Source: Bacteroidaceae bacterium (GTDB lineage: Bacteria; Bacillota_I; Bacilli_A; RF39; UBA660). From it: a stretch of DNA of 55,604 bases. The stretch spans positions 1 through 55,604 of the forward strand of contig CAVEJT010000002.1 of assembly GCA_963616135.1 (NCBI GenBank). Reading direction: 5' to 3'. Of the stretch, positions 1 through 9,383 are shown in pieces. The translations under genes were made by a program, and so were the position numbers. Below the pieces are notes generated by a model. It did not search any database, was not told the origin of the DNA, and worked only from the letters and a program-made list of their open reading frames with translations. Position 1 is the stretch's first letter. Every line of letters begins with the position of its first letter.

Positions 1-72
1 CCATATTTCATATATACTCGATATTAAATATAATATTTGGATTTTTTACTTACGATATAATTATAAAGTTAA

Positions 73-101
73 TTGCAAATACCAATAAAAAATGATATAC
101 T
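73..101 (+). promoter_or_regulatory. sigma-A type promoter (TTGCAA-17-TGaTATACT) for the 117..545 gene
   Basis: TTGCAA at 73-78, a 17-nt spacer and TATACT at 96-101, with an upstream TG (extended -10). Confidence 0.5.
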
Positions 102-116
102 TTATATGGTGATAGT

Positions 117-545
117 ATGTCTAAGAGAAGAGTTCCCAAAGTATCTAAAAGAAGACTTAGTTGTTTTGGGCCTATTTGTTTAATAATAATAGTGTATTTT
201 TCGTTTAGCTTATTATATAATATTTACACAATTTATGAATTGACAGTTGAAAAAAAGCAATTAGAAGAAAAGTATGTAAAATTACAAGAAGAAGCTGAAC
301 AATTAAAAATAGATATAGAAAAATTAAATGATCCAGAATATTTAGCTAATTATGCAAGAGAAAATTACTTATATTCTAAATCAGGTGAATATATTATACA
401 AATGGGTGATGAATACTCACAAACTACAGAAAAAATTGATACAATTAATACAACAATAAATAAAAATTATTTAATAATAGGACTATGTGTACTTGTATTT
501 TTAATATTTATATATATACTATCTAAAGGTAAAAAGAAAAAATAA
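117..545 (+). CDS. septum formation initiator family protein (FtsB/DivIC/FtsL-like)
   Basis: N-terminal TM helix, then a coiled coil (KKQLEEKYVKLQEEAEQLKIDIEKL) and a DPEYLANYARENYLYSKSGE motif typical of DivIC/FtsB. GGTGA RBS upstream. Confidence 0.6.
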   Translation: MSKRRVPKVSKRRLSCFGPICLIIIVYFSFSLLYNIYTIYELTVEKKQLEEKYVKLQEEAEQLKIDIEKLNDPEYLANYARENYLYSKSGEYIIQMGDEYSQTTEKIDTINTTINKNYLIIGLCVLVFLIFIYILSKGKKKK

Positions 546-580
546 AAGGAACTATAATTTTACAGTTCCTTTTTTTTCAT
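545..580. terminator. bidirectional intrinsic terminator between convergent genes
   Basis: Perfect 9-bp stem aaaggaact/agttccttt (545-553 / 564-572), flanked by an A-run and a T-run. Confidence 0.7.
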
Positions 581-1094
581 CTACATTATTTCCATCAAAG
601 TAATCACGAGCTTTATAACCCTTTAATACAGCTATTAAATTAGTAGGAAAAGATTTAACTAATTTATTATAATCAGTAATAATATCATTATAATATTTTC
701 TTAATCCAACTATTTCGGATTCTGATTCCATAAGATTGATTTCTATTCTAATAAATTCTTTACAATTTTGTAATTTACTATATTTTTCTTTTAAAGCATG
801 AAATTCATTAATCGCATCATATAAATTTCTATCTAATTCAAAATTAGTAAGTTTTTTAGATCTTAAATTTTCTATCATTTGTAATATTGGTTCTTCAGTT
901 TCAATATTAGCATTTATTATACCTATTGATTTATTTAGAAGATCAAATCTTTTTCTTAATACTGCATCTATATTAACATCAGCTTCATTAATTCTAATTA
1001 TATAATCTTGATAACGATTATAAATAGATATTAATACTATTAGTATTAGGCATACTACAATTATTACTGATAGTGCTACTACAATAGTACTCAT
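552..1094 (-). CDS. lemA: LemA family membrane protein
   Basis: N-terminal TM followed by a LemA-like region (YNRYQD...NEADVNIDAVLRKRFDLL). I moved the start to the ATG at 1094, which is preceded by AAGGTGA. The track ORF extends to 1118. Confidence 0.7.
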   Translation of the reverse strand: MSTIVVALSVIIVVCLILIVLISIYNRYQDYIIRINEADVNIDAVLRKRFDLLNKSIGIINANIETEEPILQMIENLRSKKLTNFELDRNLYDAINEFHALKEKYSKLQNCKEFIRIEINLMESESEIVGLRKYYNDIITDYNKLVKSFPTNLIAVLKGYKARDYFDGNNVDEKKGTVKL

Positions 1095-1153
1095 ACACAT
1101 CACCTTATCTATAGACAATTATAACAAATTTTTAATTTCTTATCAATACTTTT

Positions 1154-1513
1154 TTATCCTTTAGATGGATAAAATTGTTGAACAGTATTAATCTCTTCAT
1201 CAAATTTAATATAATCTACATATATCATTAATAATAAATACCATTCGCCAGTAGTAGGATCACTTAAAATAATATGATCTCTACCAGATTGTTCTATAAT
1301 ACCGGTAAATACTTTATCACTCCAATCTTTAGAATCAGCAAAAGATTGATAAATAGATACTTTTTTACCTTTATTAACTCTTAAAATATTTTCTATATAA
1401 GATTGTTCATCAGGTATATATTCCTGAACACTTGATTGATTTGGAGTAGGCATACCATTAGAATATAAAGGTGTACCTGGAAATTTATTATTATTCATAT
1501 AATTGTTATTCAT
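1154..1513 (-). CDS. gerQ: spore coat protein GerQ-like
   Basis: Q/N/P-rich N-terminus, then YIENILRVNKGKKVSIY...GRDHIILSDPTTGEWYLLLMIYVDYIKFDEEI, which closely follows my recollection of the B. subtilis GerQ (YwdL) core. Confidence 0.7.
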   Translation of the reverse strand: MNNNYMNNNKFPGTPLYSNGMPTPNQSSVQEYIPDEQSYIENILRVNKGKKVSIYQSFADSKDWSDKVFTGIIEQSGRDHIILSDPTTGEWYLLLMIYVDYIKFDEEINTVQQFYPSKG

Positions 1514-1582
1514 AAAACCGTCCTTTCTTTAAAATATATTTCAAAAAATTTAGAAATATGCTATAATTATCTTGGTGATAAT

Positions 1583-2146
1583 ATGAAAGTTAGTATAGGA
1601 GTGTCGGGAAGACATATTCATCTGACCCGCGAGCATTTAGAAATTTTGTTTGGAACGGATTACAAATTAGAAAAAAAGAGTGATTTAAAACAACCTGGTC
1701 AATTTGCTTCTAGTGCTTTAGTAACTCTTAAAACAGATAAATCCATAATAGAACATGTTAGAGTTTTAGGACCTCTTAGAGATTATACACAAGTTGAAAT
1801 AAGTAAAACAGATGCTCATAAATTAGGAATAAATCCACCAGTTAGGAATTCAGGGGACTTAATAGATAGTAGTCCTGTAACAATCATAGGTCCTATGGGT
1901 AGTATAGATTTAAAATACGGATGTATAATAGCAACTAGACATATACATATTAGACCAGATCAAATGAGAGCTTACAGTTTTGAAGGTAGAAAGACTGTTA
2001 ATGTAAAATTACCTGGTGAAAAAGGTGGAATAATTTACAATGTATATCTAAAAGTAAGTGAGGAATCATTTTTTGAAATGCATTTAGATTTAGATGATGC
2101 TAATGCTCATTTAATAAATAATGGTGATATAGGAGAGATAATATGA
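1583..2146 (+). CDS. pduL: phosphate propanoyltransferase / phosphotransacylase PduL
   Basis: Two PduL repeats with GxSxRHIHL (VSGRHIHLTREHLE) and ATRHIHIRPDQ motifs. Confidence 0.85.
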   Translation: MKVSIGVSGRHIHLTREHLEILFGTDYKLEKKSDLKQPGQFASSALVTLKTDKSIIEHVRVLGPLRDYTQVEISKTDAHKLGINPPVRNSGDLIDSSPVTIIGPMGSIDLKYGCIIATRHIHIRPDQMRAYSFEGRKTVNVKLPGEKGGIIYNVYLKVSEESFFEMHLDLDDANAHLINNGDIGEII

Positions 2147-3213
2147 AAAAAAGATATTTATTAATATTATTAATTACACTTTTAACTTCAATTTGTTTTG
2201 TTATCCCAATAAAAGTTGAAGCAAAAGCAGAGTACTATTGTACTTATAGTACATCTAGTAAAGATATAAAAATTAAATTTAGATTAGACTTGGGAAGAGA
2301 TGGAACAGAAGCTGAAAAAGCAGAACTTTATGGTAAAGATGTTGTACTTAATACATCATTGTCTTCCACTAACTCCGAAAAAGTACAAAATTGGTCTTCA
2401 AAATTTAAGAAAATTAACTTTACGGGACGAGATTATTATCATAAAAATATAAGTTGCCCACCAAAAGCAATTTTAGTATTAGATCGCCCAAGAGATTGGT
2501 GGTTTTTACGAGAAGAATGGAAAACTACTTATTATTTATTTGTTTCAGATCAAGATCATATAAATGAATTTCAAAAAGCAATAAAGAAAGAGTATTCAAA
2601 AATAGTAGATGGTTACCCAATCGTTTTTGATTTAAATCAACAAACAAAAGAAGAAAGTCCAGAAACACCTGCTTCCTGTTTAGAGTTTAACGAAAAAGCA
2701 AGTAAAAATGCAAAAAAAGGAACAGCCGAATATTATTCATGCGAAAACAACCCATACTTTGCTTGTATATGGAATGATAAATATGGTTATTGTAATGTTG
2801 ATAATTTACAATATGTAATGTGTGGAGATGCACGTGATATTCCAAAGGATGTTCCAGCACTCATTAGTTTTTTTGTAAATTTGCTTAAAATAGCAACTCC
2901 AATTATTTTGATAGCTACAAGTATGATTACTTTATTAAAAGCACTTTCTGCTTCTAAAGAGGATGAAATTAAGAAAGCTAAAAATGCTTTGCTTAGAAAA
3001 ATAATAGCTTCTGTTATGGTATTCTTTGTGATATCAATTGTACAGTTTGTAATATTAAAAGTAGCTCAAACGAGCGAAGCAGAGAATATATCATCTTGTA
3101 TGTCATGCTTCCTAAATAATGATTGTTCAGTAAATACATATTATAAAACTACTGTAAGTGGTGTAGATATTTGTACAAACCTTTATGGTGAAGATGTTAA
3201 GTGTAGTAAATAA
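2143..3213 (+). CDS. Cys-rich exported protein with a C-terminal two-TM hairpin (uncharacterised)
   Basis: Signal peptide (LLILLITLLTSICFVIPIKVEA), a ~200 aa Cys-rich ectodomain, two TM helices separated by SASKEDEIKKAKNALLRK, and a Cys-rich tail. The ATG overlaps the pduL stop (ATGA). Confidence 0.6.
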   Translation: MKKRYLLILLITLLTSICFVIPIKVEAKAEYYCTYSTSSKDIKIKFRLDLGRDGTEAEKAELYGKDVVLNTSLSSTNSEKVQNWSSKFKKINFTGRDYYHKNISCPPKAILVLDRPRDWWFLREEWKTTYYLFVSDQDHINEFQKAIKKEYSKIVDGYPIVFDLNQQTKEESPETPASCLEFNEKASKNAKKGTAEYYSCENNPYFACIWNDKYGYCNVDNLQYVMCGDARDIPKDVPALISFFVNLLKIATPIILIATSMITLLKALSASKEDEIKKAKNALLRKIIASVMVFFVISIVQFVILKVAQTSEAENISSCMSCFLNNDCSVNTYYKTTVSGVDICTNLYGEDVKCSK

Positions 3214-3242
3214 TTGACAAAATAAGTATTGTGTGCTAATAT
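3214..3242 (+). promoter_or_regulatory. sigma-A promoter TTGACA-17-(TGc)TAATAT
   Basis: TTGACA at 3214-3219, TG at 3234-3235, TAATAT at 3237-3242. Confidence 0.6.
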
Positions 3243-3243
3243 T

Positions 3244-3272
3244 AAGACGTCTAAAAAAGACGTCTTTTTTTT
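3244..3272 (+). terminator. intrinsic terminator (perfect 9-bp stem plus T-run)
   Basis: aagacgtct / agacgtctt with an aaaaa loop, followed by T8. Confidence 0.75.
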
Positions 3273-3283
3273 GAGGTGATGTT

Positions 3284-4144
3284 ATGTCAAAAATAATAAC
3301 CATTCCATCTAGTATAGATGAAATAAATAAAACATTAGATATAATAGATGGTTTTATAATTGGAATAGATAATATGAGTGTTAATACTAATTTAAATATA
3401 TCAATAAATAGTATTAGTATATTAGATGATTATAAAGATAAAGATATTTTTATTTCTTTAAATAAAAATATGCATAATATAGATTTGAAACATTTGAAAG
3501 ATATTATGATTAAACTAAATAACTATAATATAAAAGGTGTTTTATATTATGATGTTGCAGTATTACAAATATATAAAGAAATAAAACCTAATTATGAATT
3601 AGTATGGTCACAAGAACATTCAACAACTAATTATAGTACAATTAATTATTGGTATGAGAAGGGTGTTAAATACACATATTTATCTAGTGATATAACTTTT
3701 GAAGAAATAAAAGAGATTAAACAAAATAGTAAATCAACATTATTAGTAAATTTATTTGGATATTTACCTATGTTTGTATCTAAAAGACATATAGTTAAAA
3801 ACTACTTAAATTATTTTAAATTAAAAGACTCTTCAAAAATTAATTATATGGAAAAAGAAAATAAGATATATCCTATAATAGATAAAGAGATTGGAACTAT
3901 GTGTTATTCTAATAATATATTAAATGGATTAAAATATAGTTTAGATTTACTTGATTGTTATATAGTATTAAATAGTTTAGATATTGATTTAGATAAATTT
4001 ATTTGTGTTATTAATTTATTTAGAAATGTTAATAGTAAAAATATAGAAGAAAGTAATAATAAAATAAATAATATGTTTAATAATGTAGATTTGGGATTTC
4101 TAGAAAAAAAGACAATATATAAGGTGAAGAAAAATGATAAATAA
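3284..4144 (+). CDS. peptidase U32 family protein, YrrN/TrhP-type (tRNA ho5U34 synthesis partner)
   Basis: Overlaps and precedes a canonical U32 gene and lies upstream of greA, as in my recollection of the B. subtilis yrrN-yrrO neighbourhood. Weak U32-like sequence (SQEHSTTNY). Confidence 0.55.
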   Translation: MSKIITIPSSIDEINKTLDIIDGFIIGIDNMSVNTNLNISINSISILDDYKDKDIFISLNKNMHNIDLKHLKDIMIKLNNYNIKGVLYYDVAVLQIYKEIKPNYELVWSQEHSTTNYSTINYWYEKGVKYTYLSSDITFEEIKEIKQNSKSTLLVNLFGYLPMFVSKRHIVKNYLNYFKLKDSSKINYMEKENKIYPIIDKEIGTMCYSNNILNGLKYSLDLLDCYIVLNSLDIDLDKFICVINLFRNVNSKNIEESNNKINNMFNNVDLGFLEKKTIYKVKKNDK

Positions 4145-5333
4145 ACCAGAATTATTATCTCCAGCAGGTGATTTAGAAAGATTAAAGATAGCGCTTTTAT
4201 ATGGTGCAGATGCTGTATATATAGGCGGACCATTATTAAACTTAAGAGCAAACGCCATTAATTTTACAATGGAAGAAATAAAAGAAGGTGTAGAATTTGC
4301 TCATAAATTAAATAAAAAAGTATATGTTACTATTAATATAATGATACACAATGAAGAAATAAAGGAAATAAAAGAGTATTTAAAAACAATAGAAAAAATA
4401 GGTGTAGATGCAATAATAGTAAGTGATCCAACTATTATTGATATTGCTCGTAAAAATACTAATCTAGAAATACACTTATCAACACAAGCAAGTACTTTAA
4501 ATATAGAGGCTTGTAAGTATTGGAAAAGTGAAGGAGTAAGTAGAATTGTACTTGGAAGAGAATGCACTAAAAAAGAGATAAAGGAAATAATTGATAATGT
4601 AGATATAGAAATTGAAACATTTATACATGGAGCTATGTGTGCAGGTTATAGTGGTAGATGTGTTATGTCTAATTTTTTAACTAATAGGGATGCTAACCGT
4701 GGAGGATGTAGTCAGATATGTAGATGGGATTTTGATTTATTAGATGAAAATAAAAAACAAATAAAAGGTGATAGACCATTTACATTTTGTTCTAAGGATT
4801 TATCTATGTTAAAATATATACCTGATATGATTGATATGGGTATTGCTTCATTTAAAATAGAGGGTAGAATGCGTTCTTTATATTATATTGCTACAGTAGT
4901 TTCAATATATAGAAAAGTTATAGATGAATATTGTAACGATAAATTAAATTATACATATAATATGGAGTATGAAAGAATACTTTCTAATTGTGCCAATAGA
5001 GATTCAATAACACAATTCTTTAATGGAGTTTATGATGAAAATTGTAGTTATTATAATGGAAGAGAAGAGATATCTAATCAGGATTTTTTAGGGATAGTAT
5101 TAGACTATGACGAGACTACAAAAATAGCTACAATAGAACAAAGAAATTATTTCAAAAAAGGTGATATTGTAGAAATATTTGGACCCAAGCATGATACTAT
5201 TATATATAAAATAGATAAGATTATAAATGCTGATAATGAAATTATAGATGTTGTAAGGCATCCTAGAGAAATTGTAAAAATTAGTATAGAAAATAAATTA
5301 AATACATATGATATGATAAGAATCAAAAGATAG
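4134..5333 (+). CDS. peptidase U32 family protein (YrrO/TrhP-like)
   Basis: ELLSPAGD...ALLYGADAVYIGG..., a Cys cluster HGAMCAGYSGRCVMSNF, and FKIEGRMRS. These are typical U32 collagenase-like family motifs. Confidence 0.85.
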   Translation: MINKPELLSPAGDLERLKIALLYGADAVYIGGPLLNLRANAINFTMEEIKEGVEFAHKLNKKVYVTINIMIHNEEIKEIKEYLKTIEKIGVDAIIVSDPTIIDIARKNTNLEIHLSTQASTLNIEACKYWKSEGVSRIVLGRECTKKEIKEIIDNVDIEIETFIHGAMCAGYSGRCVMSNFLTNRDANRGGCSQICRWDFDLLDENKKQIKGDRPFTFCSKDLSMLKYIPDMIDMGIASFKIEGRMRSLYYIATVVSIYRKVIDEYCNDKLNYTYNMEYERILSNCANRDSITQFFNGVYDENCSYYNGREEISNQDFLGIVLDYDETTKIATIEQRNYFKKGDIVEIFGPKHDTIIYKIDKIINADNEIIDVVRHPREIVKISIENKLNTYDMIRIKR

Positions 5334-5362
5334 TTGACAAAACTAAATTTATGTAGTATTAT
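5334..5362 (+). promoter_or_regulatory. sigma-A promoter TTGACA-17-TATTAT for greA
   Basis: TTGACA at 5334-5339, TATTAT at 5357-5362. Confidence 0.5.
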
Positions 5363-5399
5363 TTTGTATGTTTACAAGAAAAGATTGAGGTGAACGATT

Positions 5400-5870
5400 A
5401 TGTCAAAAGATAAAGAATTATATGTAACAGAAGAAGGATTAGAAGAAATAAAAAAAGAATTAGATGAATTAAAGCTTGTAAAAAGACCTGAGGTTATATC
5501 AGCTCTTAAAGATGCTAGAGCTCAAGGTGATTTAAGTGAAAATGCAGAATATGATGCAGCTAGAACAGAGCAAGCAGTAGTAGAATCTAGAATAAAAGAG
5601 TTAGAGACTATGTTAGAACGTGCAGTAGTTATAGAAAAAGTTAATACTGATGTAGTTTCTATAGGTACTAAAGTAACAATAGAATATGTTGATGATGATG
5701 ATCAAGAAGAATATTCTATAGTAGGTAGTCAAGAAGCAGATCCTTTTTCTAATAAAATATCAAATGAATCTCCAATAGCTAAGGCTATTTTAGGATTAAA
5801 AGTAGGAGATGTAGTATCTGTTGAAAGTCCAAATGGAAAATATGACGTTAAAATTTTAGCAATTAATTAA
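5400..5870 (+). CDS. greA: transcription elongation factor GreA
   Basis: GDLSENAEYDAAR motif, 156 aa, coiled-coil N-terminus plus a C-terminal FKBP-like domain. Confidence 0.95.
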   Translation: MSKDKELYVTEEGLEEIKKELDELKLVKRPEVISALKDARAQGDLSENAEYDAARTEQAVVESRIKELETMLERAVVIEKVNTDVVSIGTKVTIEYVDDDDQEEYSIVGSQEADPFSNKISNESPIAKAILGLKVGDVVSVESPNGKYDVKILAIN

Positions 5871-5932
5871 AACAGTAAATTTTTTTGCTGTTTTTTTATT
5901 TTTATGTTAATATAATAATAGGATGTGATAAT

Positions 5933-6646
5933 ATGTTATTTAGAAAAGCAATTTTAATAGTTCATGGATTTGCAGGAGGCACTTATGATGAAGAGGCTTT
6001 AGCAAACTATCTAGAACTTAATAAATTTTATGATGTATATCAATTTACACTACCAGGTCATGAAAAAAATTTAAGTAAGGTTAAATATAGTGAATGGATT
6101 AGTGCAAGTGAAAAACAAATAGAGTGGTTAATAAGTAAAGGTTATAACAAAATTTATTTATTAGGTCATAGTATGGGTGGAGTAATTGCTACATACTTAG
6201 CTTCTAAATATAGTGAGGTAAAAAAACTAGTTTTAGCCGCACCTGCTTTTCAATATTTAGATGTAATAAAAGATAATTTAAATGTCACAAAATCACTTAA
6301 GATGACTCCGAAAGTAATAAAGACTTATGGTGGAGATGAAATATTTGCTAGACTCCTTAAATTAAATCCAAGTGCTATAAGAGAATTTATGTCATTAATA
6401 AAAGAATATTATAATTATCCAAAAGAAATAAAATGCCCAATATTATTAATACAAGGAAAAAATGATAATTTAGTGCCACTTACTTCTGTAAAATATGTAT
6501 ATGATAGTGTAAAATCTAAAGAAAAAAAATTAGTTTATGTAAACTCTTTAACACATGATATTTTTAGAAGTAATAGAGATGAAGAGATTTATAAACTAGT
6601 AGAAGACTTTTATAAAAAGGGTGGTAGTGGTATATCAACAATATAG
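5933..6646 (+). CDS. alpha/beta hydrolase (carboxylesterase/monoacylglycerol lipase-like)
   Basis: HGFAGG oxyanion region, GHSMGG nucleophile elbow, C-terminal His (LTHDIF). Start moved to the ATG at 5933. Confidence 0.8.
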   Translation: MLFRKAILIVHGFAGGTYDEEALANYLELNKFYDVYQFTLPGHEKNLSKVKYSEWISASEKQIEWLISKGYNKIYLLGHSMGGVIATYLASKYSEVKKLVLAAPAFQYLDVIKDNLNVTKSLKMTPKVIKTYGGDEIFARLLKLNPSAIREFMSLIKEYYNYPKEIKCPILLIQGKNDNLVPLTSVKYVYDSVKSKEKKLVYVNSLTHDIFRSNRDEEIYKLVEDFYKKGGSGISTI

Positions 6647-6710
6647 GAATTTTAAAATAATTCCTTTTTTTAATGTTATGTGATATAATACATACATTGG
6701 AAGTGATATT

Positions 6711-7733
6711 ATGAAAACTGATGATTTTGATTTTTACCTACCAGAGAATTTAATCGCACAAACACCTTTAGAAAGACGAGATTCTTCAAGATTATTAATA
6801 TTGGATAAAGAAACAGGAGAAATTACACATAAACATTTTACAGATATAATAGATTATTTAGATAAGGATGATATATTAGTTTTAAATGATACAAAAGTAA
6901 TGCCTGCAAGACTTTATGGTGTTAAGAATGAAACAAATGCAGTAATAGAAATACTTATGTTAAAAGAAAAAAATAAAGATGTTTGGGAATGTTTAGTAAA
7001 GCCAGCAAAAAGGGTAAAGGTAGGTACAGTTGTAAAATTTTCAGATGAATTAAACGCAGAATGTATAGGTATAGGTGAGGAAGGCATTAGAATATTTAAA
7101 TTTAATTATAAAGGAATATTCTATGAAATATTAGATAAATTAGGAGAGATGCCATTACCACCATATATTCATGAAAAATTAAAAGATAAAGATAGATACC
7201 AAACTGTATATGCTAAAAATATAGGTAGTGCAGCCGCACCAACAGCGGGCTTACATTTTACAGAAGATTTAATAAAAAAAATAAAAGCAAAGGGTATTAA
7301 AATGGAGTATATAACACTACATGTTGGACTTGGAACATTTAGACCTGTTAATGTAGAAGATGTAACAAAACATAAAATGCATAGTGAATTTTATCAAATG
7401 AGTAAAGAAGTGGCTGATGTTTTAAATGATGCTAAAAAGAACCACAAAAGAATAATAAGTGTTGGTACGACTTCTACAAGAACACTTGAAACAATAATGA
7501 ATTTATATGGTGAATTTAGAGAATGTAGTGGTTGGACAGACATATTTATATATCCTGGGTATAAATTTAAGGCAATAGACTCATTAATAACAAATTTTCA
7601 CTTACCTAAAAGCACATTAATAATGTTAGTAAGTGCTCTAGCTAGTAAAGAAAATATAATGAATGCATATAAAGAAGCAGTTAAAGAAGAATATAGATTT
7701 TTCTCATTTGGAGATAGTATGTTTATAAAGTAG
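6711..7733 (+). CDS. queA: tRNA preQ1(34) S-adenosylmethionine ribosyltransferase-isomerase QueA
   Basis: [30 protein letters not shown] and [10 protein letters not shown] motifs. Confidence 0.95.
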   Translation: MKTDDFDFYLPENLIAQTPLERRDSSRLLILDKETGEITHKHFTDIIDYLDKDDILVLNDTKVMPARLYGVKNETNAVIEILMLKEKNKDVWECLVKPAKRVKVGTVVKFSDELNAECIGIGEEGIRIFKFNYKGIFYEILDKLGEMPLPPYIHEKLKDKDRYQTVYAKNIGSAAAPTAGLHFTEDLIKKIKAKGIKMEYITLHVGLGTFRPVNVEDVTKHKMHSEFYQMSKEVADVLNDAKKNHKRIISVGTTSTRTLETIMNLYGEFRECSGWTDIFIYPGYKFKAIDSLITNFHLPKSTLIMLVSALASKENIMNAYKEAVKEEYRFFSFGDSMFIK

Positions 7734-7739
7734 GTATTT

Positions 7740-8408
7740 ATGGAAAAAAAAGAGATAGGAAAAAAGAAATTTTTGGGTAGTGGAAATTTTAATAAATGTT
7801 ATACATTAGAAAATGGAAATGTATATAAAGAATTTGGTAAACCTCTTAATTTAGTAGAAATAGATAGATTTAAATATTTATTAGAATATAGGAATTCTTC
7901 AATGGCATTTCCATTTGACTTTGTATATGATAATAATAAATTCTATGGTTATATAACAGAAAAAGCACCCGGTATAGTAATGGAAAAAGCATTTGAAAAA
8001 TCCAATATATTAGACATGTCTACTAATTCTATTAGAGTTGAAAAAGATATTAAGTACATATCGGACGGACTTATAATAATGTATGATTTTCATGATAACA
8101 ACTTTATGTATGATGGTAAAAAATTTACAATAATTGATTTTGATGAATATGCCAAGGTATCAATATATAGTAAAGATGAAATAATTAAAAGAAATACTAA
8201 AATATATAAGGGATTGTTTTATGAATTATTCAATGGAATTTTAAAAACAAATAGAAATACAAGTTATGTAGTAAATAGAATACAAAAGTATTATCATTTA
8301 GATATGACAGCAAGTGAAATGCTATATCAAATAAAAGAAGATTTGGATAAATATTATAAAACAGATATAAATAAACCAGAAGATATAAAACAAATAATAA
8401 GTAGGTGA
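7740..8408 (+). CDS. small protein-kinase-like fold protein (uncharacterised)
   Basis: Gly-rich loop LGSGNFNKCY, VYKEF lysine, catalytic-loop-like DFHDNNFMY, metal-binding IIDFDEY. Confidence 0.45.
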   Translation: MEKKEIGKKKFLGSGNFNKCYTLENGNVYKEFGKPLNLVEIDRFKYLLEYRNSSMAFPFDFVYDNNKFYGYITEKAPGIVMEKAFEKSNILDMSTNSIRVEKDIKYISDGLIIMYDFHDNNFMYDGKKFTIIDFDEYAKVSIYSKDEIIKRNTKIYKGLFYELFNGILKTNRNTSYVVNRIQKYYHLDMTASEMLYQIKEDLDKYYKTDINKPEDIKQIISR

Positions 8409-8411
8409 TTT

Positions 8412-9299
8412 ATGGTAATTTGTATAGTAGGTCCAACAGGAATAGGTAAAACTAAGCTAAGTATAGAACTTGCTAAAAAATTAAATGGTGAGGTAATAAA
8501 TGCTGATAGTACGCAAGTATACAAAGACCTTGATGTAGCAACCGCTAAAATAACTGAGGAAGAAAAAGATGGAATACCTCATCACTTATTTGATATAAAA
8601 AATATAGAAGAAAATTATACAGTATATGATTATCAAAAAGATGCGAGAAAAGTAATTGACGATATATTAAGAAGAGGTAAAACACCAATACTTGTTGGTG
8701 GTACAGGATTATATATAAAAGCATGTTTATATGATTATAAATTTAATGAAGAATTAGCTAAAAAAGATTATAGCCTGATACCATTAGATGAACTTTATCA
8801 ACAATTATTAAAAATAGATCCTAATACTAATATACATCATAACAATAGAAAACGAATAGAAAGAGCTCTTGATTACTATTATTCAAATAATGAGACTTTA
8901 AGTTCTAAAGAAAAAACTAATAAATTATTATATGATACATATTTTATAGGACTTACTTGTGATAGGGATATTTTATATAATAGAATTAACAAAAGAGTAG
9001 ATATGATGGTAGATAATGGTTTGTTAGAAGAAGCTAAAAAAATTTATGATACAAATATAAGAACAAAAGCAGTATTAACTCCTATAGGATATAAAGAATT
9101 GTTTAAATATTTTGATGGTGAAATACCATTAGATGAATCTTTAGAACTTATAAAACAAAATAGTAGAAGGTATGCTAAAAGACAATATACTTGGAATAAT
9201 CATCAAATACCAGTTAAGTGGTTTAATGTAAATTTTGATTGTTTTAATACAACAGTTAATGAAATTTTAAAATATTTATCAAAATCTAATATATCGTAA
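8412..9299 (+). CDS. miaA: tRNA dimethylallyltransferase MiaA
   Basis: P-loop GPTGIGKT, INADSTQVYKDLDVATAK, GGTGLYI. Confidence 0.95.
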   Translation: MVICIVGPTGIGKTKLSIELAKKLNGEVINADSTQVYKDLDVATAKITEEEKDGIPHHLFDIKNIEENYTVYDYQKDARKVIDDILRRGKTPILVGGTGLYIKACLYDYKFNEELAKKDYSLIPLDELYQQLLKIDPNTNIHHNNRKRIERALDYYYSNNETLSSKEKTNKLLYDTYFIGLTCDRDILYNRINKRVDMMVDNGLLEEAKKIYDTNIRTKAVLTPIGYKELFKYFDGEIPLDESLELIKQNSRRYAKRQYTWNNHQIPVKWFNVNFDCFNTTVNEILKYLSKSNIS

Positions 9300-9383
9300 T
9301 GTAAACTAAATTTATAAGTAAGTAGTTTTATTTACTTATTTTTTTTGATGTGTTATAATTTAGTCATAATAGGAGGGATAAAT

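Noticed and set aside
2490-2530. Possible template repeat for the candidate VR, because of the shared gattggtgg / tattggtgg (WW) string
   Set aside because: The similarity is limited to about 8 nt around a Trp-Trp dipeptide. The flanks are unrelated and it lies within a different coding context.
3958-4567. Antisense ORFs 3958..4251 and 4301..4567 inside the U32 peptidase genes. The same class includes 11558..11818, 12465..12916, 14513..14743, 16260..16442, 17260..17678, 17809..18024, 20453..21093, 22652..22906, 25377..25637, 27558..27794, 28419..28619, 29433..29699, 30503..30802, 33362..33604, 35173..35382, 36911..37105, 40580..40819, 42755..43293, 46978..47208, 50035..50466 and 52533..53776.
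   Set aside because: All lie opposite well-supported conserved genes. They translate to low-complexity Leu/Ile/Phe/Ser-rich strings, lack RBSs, and are the expected stop-poor mirror frames of purine-rich AT-rich coding strands.
5885-5932. Long N-terminal extensions in the ORF track, for example 5885, 9345, 14186, 19968, 27037, 28705, 29245, 34037 and 42438
   Set aside because: Internal ATG codons preceded by good GGAGG/GGTGA RBSs match the conserved N-termini of the families. The extensions overlap terminators or promoters or encode junk peptides.
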